The position numbers and the translations under genes are program-made. Under the pieces are notes generated by a model. That model was not told the DNA's origin. It ran no database searches and saw nothing but the letters and a program-made list of their open reading frames with translations. 60,000 nucleotides of DNA from Schmidtea polychroa (lineage: Eukaryota): the NCBI GenBank assembly GCA_044892525.1, contig CM097885.1:35776001-35836000 (forward strand), written 5' to 3'. Numbering within the stretch: position 1 is the first letter of the stretch; every line of letters begins with the position of its first letter. Below are positions 15,280-28,408 of the stretch, piece after piece.

Positions 15280-15944
15280 CAAGAGTACAAAAGGCTGGTT
15301 TTAATCTGGAAAAGTTGATCATGACGTGGTTGTTGTCAATATCGAGTTTCGCTGTATTTTTGTACAGCTTTATGATGCGAAACGGACCTTTGAATCTGGG
15401 TTTGAGGTTTGAAGAGTCGATAGTTCTCACCCATGTGTGAGTTGCGAGGAAAGGGACTGTGGTATATATGAATGAATTTTTAGCACACATGCGAGTTTGT
15501 ATGTATCTTATAATATAATTTATTGATTATGTTTCTAATATCAAAGACTAATTTTATCAATTGCAACTCAGTGTATGACACATGATGTTTATTAACATAA
15601 TAGCAACTCAGAGATCAACCCAATATATTTTGATTATTTAGAATGTTTCCATAATACTCAACTTCTTTTGTTTACATAATTATTCTCAGGATTACTCTTA
15701 ATTTTTTCATACTATAATGGGGACTGATTTTTTGAATTTCCCATCTTTCATATAGTGCTAGTTATCAGACTTATTAATCGTTCCATTTAAACAATTAGTT
15801 TCACCCGTGCAAGTGTGAATTTTCTTAAACTCATTTGATATGAAGTAGGTAGATAGTAGCTCCCCGCAGCAATGACCCCCCCCCACGGGGGGGGGGGGGG
15901 GGGTTCTGCTGCCGTAATTTTTTTGCTGCAACTTTTGATTACGC

Positions 15945-16620
15945 AATTTTTCAGACTATAGTGAGGGGGTCTCGATGGTCCTGGGATTTTCAATACAAAA
16001 AATTTTTTTCAATACAAAATCCGACTACCACTAAAAAAGCCAAGGATTATTCACACTATAGTGAGGTGGGTCTCGATGGTCCTGGGATTTTCAATACAAA
16101 TAAAATTTTTTCTATACAAAAATCCAACTACCAATAAAAAAGCATGGAATTTTCAGACTATAGTGAGGGGGTCTCGATGGTCCTGTGATTTTCAATACAA
16201 AAAATTTTTTTCTATACAAAAATTCGACTACCACTAAAAAAGCCAAGGATTTTTCAGACTATAGTGAGAGGGTCTCGATGGTCCTGGGATTTTCAATACA
16301 AATAAAATTTTTTCAATAGAAAATTCGACTATCAATAAAAAAGCATGGATTTTTCTAGTTCAATTAAGGTGGGTCTCCTTGGTCCTGAGAAAAAGGTGGT
16401 CTACACTAAAAAACGTGGTCCTGAGAATTTCAATACAAAAAGGCAGTATACACTAAAAAAGAGTGGCAATTTAAGGTCTCAGGATATTTTCAATACAAAA
16501 ATCCGACTACCACTAAAAAGCATGGATTTTTCTAGGCCAATTAATGCGGGTCTCCTTGGTCCTGAGAATTTCAATAGAAAAAGGTGGTCTACACTAAAAA
16601 AGCGTGGTAAATTTTTAAAA
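15945..16620. repeat. ~101-bp tandem repeat (mirrored at ~24890-25565)
   Basis: ACTATAGTGAG..GGTCTCGATGGTCCTG recurs near 15955, 16055, 16157 and 16258, followed by degenerate copies. Confidence 0.95.
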
Positions 16621-17620
16621 TAAAGTAAATAATGGTCCTAAAAATTAAATTACAGTAAATGATGGTCAAAATTTATGAATTACAGTAAATTATGGTCAAA
16701 ATTTTTCAAATACAGTAAAATAAGGTCCAATTTTTCAATTAAAGTAAATAATGGTCCTAAAAAATTAAAGTAAATAATGGTCCAAATTTTTGAATTAAAG
16801 TAAATTATGGTCCTAAAATTAAATTAAAGTAAATTAAGGTTCTAAAAACTTAAATTACAGTAAATTATGGTTCTTAAAAATTTAATTACAGTAAATAATG
16901 GTCCAAATTTTTGAATTAAAGTAAATTATGGTTCAAATTTTTCAATTAAAGTAATGAATGGGCTCAAATAACTAAATTAAGGTTCTAAAAAATTAAATTA
17001 AAGTAAATTAAGGTTCAAATTTTTCAATTAAAGTAAATTATGGTCCAAATTTTTGAATTACAGTAAATAATGGTCCAAATTTTTGAATTACAGTAAATAA
17101 TGGTTCTAAAAATTGAATTACAGTAAATTATGGTTCTAAAAAATTAAATTAAGGTTCTTAAAAATTAAATTACAGTAAATAATGGTCCAAATTTTTCAAT
17201 TACAGTTAATTATGGTTCTAAAAAATTAAATTAAAGTAAATTAAGGTTCAAATTTTTCAATTAAAGTAAATAATGGTCCAAATTTTTTAATTAAAGTAAA
17301 TTATGGTTCAAATTTTTAAATTAAAGTAATGAATGGGCTCAAATAACTAAATTAAGGTTCTAAAAAATTAAATTAAAGTTAATTAAGGTCCAAATTTTAA
17401 AATTAAGTAATCAATGGTCAAAAATTTTAAATTAAAGTAATGAATGGGCTCAAATAACTAAATTAAGGTTCTAAAAAATTAAATTAAAGTTAATTAAGGT
17501 CCAAATTTTAAAATTAAGTAATCAATGGTCAAAAATTTTAAATTAAAGTTAAATAAGTAAATTAAAGTAATAATTTTTAAATAAGTAATGTAATAAGTAA
17601 ATTAAAGTAAGATTTTAAAA
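16620..17620. repeat. ~29-30-bp tandem repeat array (mirrored at ~23890-24890)
   Basis: Consensus AATTA(A/C)AGTAAATTATGGT(C/T)CAAATTTTT, roughly 30 copies. Confidence 0.95.
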
Positions 17621-17869
17621 TTTATTAACAAAAAGTTGAAATAATAGAAGGTGTTTGAGAATTGAAATTTTTTAATGAAAATTTTTATGAAATAATTTTT
17701 TAAGTAATTTTTAATAGAAATTTTTATGGAATAATTTTTTAAGTTAATTTTTAATGGAAATTTTTATGAAATATTTTTCAATGATAATTTTAGATGGAAA
17801 TTTTTAAGATAATTTTTAATGAAAATTTCTATGAAATATTTTTCAAAGACAAATTTTAATAATAATTCA

Positions 17870-18900
17870 ACAACAAACCAACAACTTAGTACCAACAACC
17901 AGTAACTTATGAACATGTATTAACAATCAGATACCTACAACTAGTTACTAACAACCTGCTACCAAGTACTTACAATCAGTTACCTGCTACCAAATACTTT
18001 CAACATGATACCACGTACTAAATAACTCTCAAACAACCAGATACTTACAACCAATTACCAGATACCAAGTACCTACAACTAGTTACTAACAACTAGTTAC
18101 CTGATACTAAGTACCTACAACCATCTAACAAGTACTTACAACCAAAAACAAGCAACCAACTAGGTACCAAGTACTAACAACCGACAACAACCAGCTAACA
18201 ACTAACTACAACCTACCAAGTACCTACAACTAGATACTAACAACTAGTTACCAGATACCAACTACTCACAGACGTCAACAACCAGGTACTAAGCATTATT
18301 AACCAACTACTAAGTACCAACAACAACTAACTACCAACTACTAAGTACCTACAACCACCTACCTATTAACTAGCTACAACCACCTACTAACTAGCTACCA
18401 CCTACCCATTAACTAGTTACAACCAGCTAACTAGGTACTAGATACCAAGTACTAACAACCAGTTACCTGCTACTAAGTACCAACAACCACCTACCAAGTA
18501 CATACAACCAACATCAACCAGGTACTAAGCATTAATTACCAACTACTAAGTACCTACAATCACCTACCCATTAACTAGTTACTAAGTACTATCAACCAAC
18601 TAGGTACTAGATACCAAGTACTAACAACCAACAACAACCAGGTACTAATCATTAATTACCAATTACTAAGTACCTACAACCATCTACCAAGTACATACAA
18701 CCAAGTACTAAGCATTATTAACCAACTACTAAGTACCTACAACCGACTAGCTACCACCTACCAAGTACCACCAACAACGAGATACCTACAACTAGATACT
18801 AACAACTAGTTACCAGATACCTACTACTCACAGCCGTCAACAACCAGGTACTAAGCATCATCAACCAAGTAATAACAACTAGATACCTAGTACTTACGAC
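17870..18900. repeat. Strand-asymmetric C/A-rich degenerate repeat (mirrored at ~22610-23645)
   Basis: Shuffled units ACTAAGTACCTACAACC, CCAAGTAC and AACTAG. Confidence 0.9.
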
Positions 18901-19395
18901 CAGATGACCACATGAAATTATTGGTTAAATAAGTAAATTAATGTCTAATTTTTAAATTAAGTAATCAATGGTCTAAAATATTAAAGTTAAAGTTAATTTA
19001 AGATGAAGATTTTCTGGGATTTCCAATGTTAATTTTAGATGCAAATCTTCGTCAATTAATCAATGACCACATGAAATTATTAGTTAAATATGAAAATAAG
19101 GGTTATAATTAGTTGTTTAGTAAATTATGGTGTAAAATTAAGAAATAAAGAATAATTAGGTAAATTAAGGATAAATTAAGGAAAATTAAGGTTCAAAATT
19201 TAAAATTAAGTAACCAATGGTTCAAATTTTAAATTAAAGCTAAATAAGTAAATTAAAGTAAGATTTTTAAATTTATTATCAAAAGATTGAATAACCACCA
19301 ACTTTTTTGAGAAATGTAATTTTTAATGAAAATTTAAATGGAAATTTTTTTTAAGTTAATTTTAAATGTAAAATTTTTTAATGGAAATTTTAATG

Positions 19396-19480
<85 letters not shown>

Positions 19481-21412
19481 TCAACAGTTCCCAACAATCG
19501 GTTACTAAATATTTTTAACTAGATGCTAACAAATACTTTGAACATGATACCACGTACTAACTAACTCTCAAACAACCAGATACCTACAACTAGTTACTAA
19601 CAACCAACTAAGTATTCTTTATTGTATTTTATGAAATGTTTTTAAATTAATTTTTTATCTGTCTTTAAAAATATGTTTAATTACAATCAATCGAAAACCT
19701 TTTCAAAATGTCTAAATTTAACAAACATGTTGACTTTCATCAAAAAACCACAACTCAATCACTTTAAAACACCACGTGAAATTCAAAATAATTTAAATTA
19801 CAATGAAATACTAATGAATTCTAATTTACAAAAACATCTTCTTTTAAATGATAACTTATTATTGCATCGTAAAATCACATTCAATAAATACTTATTGTTG
19901 ATCAGTTTTATTATATATACTCTGAGTTTATCCGACAGGATGTTTTGACCCCCTAAGGGTACAGGTCGTAAGGGTACTGGTCGTAAGGGTATTAGTCGTA
20001 AAGGTACTAGTCGTAAGGATATTGCTAACTCTCAACCCCCACCTACCCATTAACTAGCTACTAAGTACTAACAACCAGTTACCTGATACCAAGTACATAC
20101 AACCAACATCAACCTGTTACTAAGCATTATCAACCTACAACTATATAAATATGGATAAATTTAATCTTTCTATGCAACTACTCAGTTATATTGTACAGTC
20201 AAATTTCAAGCAATATTTATTTTTAATTTCGAGTACAGTGATTAACAAAAATTTAATTATAACCGGTTTTATCATTAGATTTTATAAATTATTTAGAGTT
20301 AATGATTTTACCTGTTTTATAGGGAAATATTTGTGATAATACGAATTAAAGTTAGAATTATAGTCATTTAAAGGGGATTTTAAGGAATCTTATTAGTCTG
20401 AGGTAAATATATAACCTTTTAAGGATATTTATCGATAAAATACTAATCTTTAAAGATAGAGTTATTTTTGGGAAATTTGATGCTTTTTAGATGATTTTAT
20501 TGAATTATTTGTAATAATATTGATTAAGGGTAGAAATATAGTCTTTTAAGGGATTTTAAGGAATCTTGTTAGTTTGAGGTGAATATATGATATTTAACAA
20601 GTACTTATCGATAAGATACTAATCTTTAAAAATAGAGATATTTCAGGCGAAATGATTCTTTTTAGATGATTTTATTAGAGAATTCGCTTGAATATACCAA
20701 TTATTGTCATTTGAATGAATTTTCTGGTTTGTTAGTTTTCTAGTCTCTTTTGGAATTTAATGATAATTATTTTTATTGTAGATTGATGACATTGATAATT
20801 TTAATGAATTTATACTGATTTTTGAATATTTTGAGCATTCAGTCAATCAATTTGAGTACATGTATTATTTTTAAAAAAAAATAATTAAAATTAATTTTAT
20901 TTCAATTAATTTATTCAATCTAAATCAATTATCTACTAAATCTTATCTTATTAATTTATTATCTTAGTTGATTCAACTTGAATGATCAGTATTTTTTTAT
21001 TTACTGGATGATTAATGAATAGAATTCTTTCTTGTCTATTAATTAAATTTTTATGATATTTATTTTGAGTAAATTTAAATTTTTGCAATTATTTAATCAA
21101 TTTTTACCAAGTTATTGATGTCTTGAGTTCAATTAATTTTCCATCTAATTTTTCAAGTGATGAGTATTTTTCTTTTAAAGATCAATTTGTTAGTACATAG
21201 TTGTTGGTTGTAGGTAGTTGGTTGTTAGTACTTGGTAGTTGGTAGTTGGTATCTGATTGACTTTTTAGATTTTGATAAAAAGATAGTGTATGTGATGAAG
21301 AATATTTTGTATTTAATTGCTATTATTTTTATGTGTGGTTAGTTGATTGTTGGTATCTAGTTGTTGGTATCTTGTATTTAATAGTTGGTAGAGTGTTGTT
21401 TACTGATTGTTG

Positions 21413-22082
21413 TTATATAGTTGTAGGTTGATAATGCTTAGTAACAGGTTGATGTTGGTTGTATGTACTTGGTATCAGGTAACTGGTTGTTAGTACTTAG
21501 TAGCTAGTTAATGGGTAGGTGGGGGTTGAGAGTTAGCAATATCCTTACGACTAGTACCTTTACGACTAATACCCTTACGACCAGTACCCTTTTTGGACCA
21601 TTATTTACTTTAATTTTTTAGTACCTGTTATTTATTTGGACCATTATTTACTTTAATTTTTTAGTACCTGTTATTTATTGAATGTGATTTTTACTTTGCA
21701 ATAATAAGTTATCATTTAAAAGAAGATGTTTTTGTAAATTAGAATTCATTAGTATTTCATTGTAATTTAAATTATTTTGAATTTCACGTGGTGTTTTAAA
21801 GTGATTGAGTTGTGGTTTTTTGATGAAAGTCAACATGTTTGTTAAATTTAGACATTTTGAAAAGGTTTTCTATTGATTGTAATTAAACATATTTTTAAAG
21901 ACAGATAAAAAATTAATTTAAAAACATTTCATAAAATACAATAAAGAATACTTAGTTGGTTGTTAGTAACTAGTTGTAGGTATCTGGTTGTTTGAGAGTT
22001 AGTTAGTACGTGGTATCATGTTCAAAGTATTTGTTAGCATCTAGTTAAAAATATTTAGTAACCGATTGTTGGGAACTGTTGA

Positions 22083-22116
<34 letters not shown>

Positions 22117-25100
22117 CATTAAAATTTCCATTAAAAAATTTTACATTTAAAATTAACTTAAAAAAAATTTCCATTTAAATTTTCATTAAAAATTACATTT
22201 CTCAAAAAAGTTGGTGGTTATTCAATCTTTTGATAATAAATTTAAAAATCTTACTATAATTTACTTATTTAGCTTTAATTTAAAATTTGAACCATTGGTT
22301 ACTTAATTTTAAATTTTGAACCTTAATTTTCCTTAATTTATCCTTAATTTACCTAATTATTCTTTATTTCTTAATTTTACACCATAATTTACTAAACAAC
22401 TAATTATAACCCTTATTTTCATATTTAACTAATAATTTCATGTGGTCATTGATTAATTGACGAAGATTTGCATCTAAAATTAACATTGGAAATCCCAGAA
22501 AATCTTCATCTTAAATTAACTTTAACTTTAATATTTTAGACCATTGATTACTTAATTTAAAAATTAGACATTAATTTACTTATTTAACCAATAATTTCAT
22601 GTGGTCATCTGGTCGTAAGTACTAGGTATCTAGTTGTTATTACTTGGTTGATGATGCTTAGTACCTGGTTGTTGACGGCTGTGAGTAGTAGGTATCTGGT
22701 AACTAGTTGTTAGTATCTAGTTGTAGGTATCTCGTTGTTGGTGGTACTTGGTAGGTGGTAGCTAGTCGGTTGTAGGTACTTAGTAGTTGGTTAATAATGC
22801 TTAGTACTTGGTTGTATGTACTTGGTAGATGGTTGTAGGTACTTAGTAATTGGTAATTAATGATTAGTACCTGGTTGTTGTTGGTTGTTAGTACTTGGTA
22901 TCTAGTACCTAGTTGGTTGATAGTACTTAGTAACTAGTTAATGGGTAGGTGATTGTAGGTACTTAGTAGTTGGTAATTAATGCTTAGTACCTGGTTGATG
23001 TTGGTTGTATGTACTTGGTAGGTGGTTGTTGGTACTTAGTAGCAGGTAACTGGTTGTTAGTACTTGGTATCTAGTACCTAGTTAGCTGGTTGTAACTAGT
23101 TAATGGGTAGGTGGTAGCTAGTTAGTAGGTGGTTGTAGCTAGTTAATAGGTAGGTGGTTGTAGGTACTTAGTAGTTGGTAGTTAGTTGTTGTTGGTACTT
23201 AGTAGTTGGTTAATAATGCTTAGTACCTGGTTGTTGACGTCTGTGAGTAGTTGGTATCTGGTAACTAGTTGTTAGTATCTAGTTGTAGGTACTTGGTAGG
23301 TTGTAGTTAGTTGTTAGCTGGTTGTTGTCGGTTGTTAGTACTTGGTACCTAGTTGGTTGCTTGTTTTTGGTTGTAAGTACTTGTTAGATGGTTGTAGGTA
23401 CTTAGTATCAGGTAACTAGTTGTTAGTAACTAGTTGTAGGTACTTGGTATCTGGTAATTGGTTGTAAGTATCTGGTTGTTTGAGAGTTATTTAGTACGTG
23501 GTATCATGTTGAAAGTATTTGGTAGCAGGTAACTGATTGTAAGTACTTGGTAGCAGGTTGTTAGTAACTAGTTGTAGGTATCTGATTGTTAATACATGTT
23601 CATAAGTTACTGGTTGTTGGTACTAAGTTGTTGGTTTGTTGTTGAATTATTATTAAAATTTGTCTTTGAAAAATATTTCATAGAAATTTTCATTAAAAAT
23701 TATCTTAAAAATTTCCATCTAAAATTATCATTGAAAAATATTTCATAAAAATTTCCATTAAAAATTAACTTAAAAAATTATTCCATAAAAATTTCTATTA
23801 AAAATTACTTAAAAAATTATTTCATAAAAATTTTCATTAAAAAATTTCAATTCTCAAACACCTTCTATTATTTCAACTTTTTGTTAATAAATTTTAAAAT
23901 CTTACTTTAATTTACTTATTACATTACTTATTTAAAAATTATTACTTTAATTTACTTATTTAACTTTAATTTAAAATTTTTGACCATTGATTACTTAATT
24001 TTAAAATTTGGACCTTAATTAACTTTAATTTAATTTTTTAGAACCTTAATTTAGTTATTTGAGCCCATTCATTACTTTAATTTAAAATTTTTGACCATTG
24101 ATTACTTAATTTTAAAATTTGGACCTTAATTAACTTTAATTTAATTTTTTAGAACCTTAATTTAGTTATTTGAGCCCATTCATTACTTTAATTTAAAAAT
24201 TTGAACCATAATTTACTTTAATTAAAAAATTTGGACCATTATTTACTTTAATTGAAAAATTTGAACCTTAATTTACTTTAATTTAATTTTTTAGAACCAT
24301 AATTAACTGTAATTGAAAAATTTGGACCATTATTTACTGTAATTTAATTTTTAAGAACCTTAATTTAATTTTTTAGAACCATAATTTACTGTAATTCAAT
24401 TTTTAGAACCATTATTTACTGTAATTCAAAAATTTGGACCATTATTTACTGTAATTCAAAAATTTGGACCATAATTTACTTTAATTGAAAAATTTGAACC
24501 TTAATTTACTTTAATTTAATTTTTTAGAACCTTAATTTAGTTATTTGAGCCCATTCATTACTTTAATTGAAAAATTTGAACCATAATTTACTTTAATTCA
24601 AAAATTTGGACCATTATTTACTGTAATTAAATTTTTAAGAACCATAATTTACTGTAATTTAAGTTTTTAGAACCTTAATTTACTTTAATTTAATTTTAGG
24701 ACCATAATTTACTTTAATTCAAAAATTTGGACCATTATTTACTTTAATTTTTTAGGACCATTATTTACTTTAATTGAAAAATTGGACCTTATTTTACTGT
24801 ATTTGAAAAATTTTGACCATAATTTACTGTAATTCATAAATTTTGACCATCATTTACTGTAATTTAATTTTTAGGACCATTATTTACTTTATTTTAAAAA
24901 TTTACCACGCTTTTTTAGTGTAGACCACCTTTTTCTATTGAAATTCTCAGGACCAAGGAGACCCGCATTAATTGGCCTAGAAAAATCCATGCTTTTTAGT
25001 GGTAGTCGGATTTTTGTATTGAAAATATCCTGAGACCTTAAATTGCCACTCTTTTTTAGTGTATACTGCCTTTTTGTATTGAAATTCTCAGGACCACGTT

Positions 25101-26229
25101 TTTTAGTGTAGACCACCTTTTTCTCAGGACCAAGGAGACCCACCTTAATTGAACTAGAAAAATCCATGCTTTTTTATTGATAGTCGAATTTTCTATTGAA
25201 AAAATTTTATTTGTATTGAAAATCCCAGGACCATCGAGACCCTCTCACTATAGTCTGAAAAATCCTTGGCTTTTTTAGTGGTAGTCGAATTTTTGTATAG
25301 AAAAAAATTTTTTGTATTGAAAATCACAGGACCATCGAGACCCCCTCACTATAGTCTGAAAATTCCATGCTTTTTTATTGGTAGTTGGATTTTTGTATAG
25401 AAAAAATTTTATTTGTATTGAAAATCCCAGGACCATCGAGACCCACCTCACTATAGTGTGAATAATCCTTGGCTTTTTTAGTGGTAGTCGGATTTTGTAT
25501 TGAAAAAAATTTTTTGTATTGAAAATCCCAGGACCATCGAGACCCCCTCACTATAGTCTGAAAAATTGCGTAATCAAAAGTTGCAGCAAAAAAATTACGG
25601 CAGCAGAACCCCCCCCCCCCCGTGGGGGGGGGTCATTGCTGCGGGGAGCTACTATCTACCTACTTCATATCAAATGAGTTTAAGAAAATTCACACTTGCA
25701 CGGGTGAAACTAATTGTTTAAATGGAACGATTAATAAGTCTGATAACTAGCACTATATGAAAGATGGGAAATTCAAAAAATCAGTCCCCATTATAGTATG
25801 AAAAAATTAAGAGTAATCCTGAGAATAATTATGTAAACAAAAGAAGTTGAGTATTATGGAAACATTCTAAATAATCAAAATATATTGGGTTGATCTCTGA
25901 GTTGCTATTATGTTAATAAACATCATGTGTCATACACTGAGTTGCAATTGATAAAATTAGTCTTTGATATTAGAAACATAATCAATAAATTATATTATAA
26001 GATACATACAAACTCGCATGTGTGCTAAAAATTCATTCATATATACCACAGTCCCTTTCCTCGCAACTCACACATGGGTGAGAACTATCGACTCTTCAAA
26101 CCTCAAACCCAGATTCAAAGGTCCGTTTCGCATCATAAAGCTGTACAAAAATACAGCGAAACTCGATATTGACAACAACCACGTCATGATCAACTTTTCC
26201 AGATTAAAACCAGCCTTTTGTACTCTTGA
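21413..26229. repeat. Right arm of giant inverted repeat
   Basis: Reverse complement of 15279-20148. It differs by a shorter (ATT)n tract, G/C-run lengths, a few substitutions near the centre and a replaced ~85-bp segment at 21591-21677. Confidence 0.97.
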
Positions 26230-26875
26230 ATACGACGAAATCCCAAACAACCATATCACAAAAGACTATAACATAAACGAAGACATATTAGAAGACATGG
26301 AACAACCTACAACACTAGCAGACACACCAAATATTTAACTCCTTCAAAACAATCCGTCATTAGCCTCCAGGCGAACACGTAAACTCCCTCAATACCTCTC
26401 GAATTATGATATTCAGGGACTGCTTCCACCATTATCGTTGTCTTTATCTTTTGATACGCTCCGCGTACTTCGGCGGGGACTTTGTAGTGCCTCTGACTAG
26501 CACTTTTATCAATTTAATAATTGAATTAAAAATATATTATTAAATTAATTAAATTAAAATAAAATTAAAATGATTGTTTAAATAATCCTGTCTTTTTCCA
26601 AATAAATCATCAAATTCAATTTAAAAAGAAACAATGAATTAATTAACTTCGCAATAATCAAATCGAGTCAAAATCAATAAATCAAATATGCCAGAAATTC
26701 AAGAACCAGAAACGTTCGTCTTATTAGCAATGACCTCTATTATGATTGTCAAGATCTTCAACAATCTCCATGTAATCTCCAGATCAAGTGTTCGTGTTTT
26801 CGTCGGTATAAACTTTTATTGATTAACACAATTGAATATCAATATAAAGTTAAATAAATAATTAAATATTACAAC
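26056..26875 (+). mobile_element. Gypsy 3' remnant: integrase C-terminal GPF/Y domain, PPT-like tract and probable LTR
   Basis: LKPRFKGPFRIIKLYKNTAKLDIDNNHVMINFSRLKPAF. GGCGGGGA followed by TGTAGTG at ~26483; candidate end TTACAACA near 26875. Confidence 0.7.
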
Positions 26876-27726
26876 AATGACTTGATTGCTAATTGCAAAC
26901 TTTCGGGAAGACTATATTCTTCCGTCAAACATAGCGCCTAGACGTTATGTGTCAATACTGCGCCTACCGGGCGTTTTATTCGAACATAACGCCTAGGCGT
27001 TATATTTGAATAAAACGTGTGAAAACTTTAAATATGACACACAATCAAGTTTTTTAATGTGTCATATGACACATTTGCTTGTTGGGTACTTTACATTAAA
27101 AAATAAAACTTATATATGAAATTCCAATCTGTTGCGATTCAGATTTCCTGATTACATTTTTTTGGTTATATTTTTTTATAATTTTCGTAGTATGCAATGA
27201 CAATTCAAAATATCATGTTTTTATTACATCGACTTTTACTGAGAAATATATGTTTACGATTTGACAGCACATGAATAAATGTTACTTTATGAAAAAATTT
27301 CAAGTTTATTTTCAAGCACAACTTCTTCAAACTTTAAACAATCAATCCGTGCAAATAAAAGTTACACGAAATTACTTGGTGGTGGACGAAAATTGGAATT
27401 TCCTGAAATTGAAAATGAAGTATTGCAATGGGTAGTACTTGATAGAAATTCTAAGGGCTAAGGGTCAAAGATAAGTACATTCAATTAAAATCACTAGAAG
27501 TTTGTGAACGTTTGAAAATGATAGATAATGAAAACAATTCCAAGTGGATTAATTTCAAACATGAATCAAGGTGGTGTTAACGATTTAAAAATCGCCATAA
27601 GTTAGTATCTCGACGTCAAACTACAACAAAAAATCCCTGAAAATGTTAATGCTATTGTAAGCAATTTTTTAAAAATAATTCATGCCAAAATTGAGGAACA
27701 ACAAATAAAAATGTGCTATATCATTG

Positions 27727-28408
27727 TGTTGGGCTAGAACTTATTTTTAAACCCAAACTTAGGAATGGGACGAAATTTGCATACCCAGCATTAAGTTTAC
27801 TTAAATAAATATATCTAAAAACACCAAGTAAACAATGATAATAGAGAGATAATTCACCTAAAAATAAAACATCTGAACTAAAAATAAAACACGAGCAAGA
27901 AGTGTTACACGAAAACTTACTCAAATATAACTGAAAGACATAAAACAACAAAAACAAATTCGAATTAAGGCGATTAGAAAAAATTTTAAAAAAAATTAAA
28001 GAAAATCTCCATAAAATCTTACGTAAAGAAAATATTATCAAAATTTTGAATAAAAATCCAGGACAATTCATTAAAATGGCGAAATCCATCATGAACGCCA
28101 AACGAACCAATTGAATTTATAAAAAATAAATATTTAAGTTTAAAATATAAAAAGTTTAGAAAAGAAATCATAAAAAAACAATTTAAAAATAAGAAATAGA
28201 TTAAATTTAGCATGGAATCTTTTGGAAATGCTGAAATCCATCAAGGAGGCAAATTTAATAAAAAATAATTCAAAAATAAAAACAAAAATTCTTACTGAAA
28301 AATCGCCATCAAAATCGATAAAAATTAAAAATCGAATGTTCGAGAATTAAAATAATCAAAATTTGTTTTACTGCATCAATGCACGCATGTATACTTACAC
28401 ACCAAACA
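27727..28408. mobile_element. Solo-LTR-like repeat (related copy at 43158-43901)
   Basis: TGTTGG...CCAAACA ends. Shares GAAATCCATCATG, GGAGGCAAATTTAATAAAAAATAATT and TTTGTTTTACTG...ATGCACGCA in the same order with 43158-43901. Confidence 0.65.

Larger units (their letters stand above)
15279..20148. repeat. Left arm of giant inverted repeat
   Basis: Reverse complement of 21413-26229. Outer ends TCAAGAGTA/TACTCTTGA, inner ends CTATATAA/TTATATAG. The same 92-aa ORF is predicted at 16345(+) and 25167(-). Confidence 0.97.
15844..25664. mobile_element. Putative non-autonomous foldback or Polinton-TIR-like element with ~4.3-kb TIRs and a 1.26-kb core
   Basis: Termini AGTAGGTAGATAGTAGCTCCCCGCAG...CTGCGGGGAGCTACTATCTACCTACT lie where homology to the flank copy at 14887 stops. 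Arms consist of tandem-repeat modules. No intact recognisable ORF. Confidence 0.6.

Noticed and set aside
15260..15490. 76-aa ORF as an independent gene
   Set aside because: It is an inverted copy of the integrase C-terminal remnant at 26018-26338, truncated at the fold-back junction.
16345..16623. 92-aa ORF present twice (also 24889-25167) as a gene
   Set aside because: It is a translation of degenerate 101-bp repeats and is duplicated only because of the palindrome.
15945..17620. Regularly spaced repeats as a CRISPR-like array
   Set aside because: The whole unit is repeated with no unique spacers, there are no cas genes, and the context is eukaryotic. The same applies to 10850-11620.
26715..26740. 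TAGCAATGACCTCTA matching the PBS-like site at 34146
   Set aside because: It lacks the TGG start and the preceding CA, no internal domain follows, and the match is too short to call.
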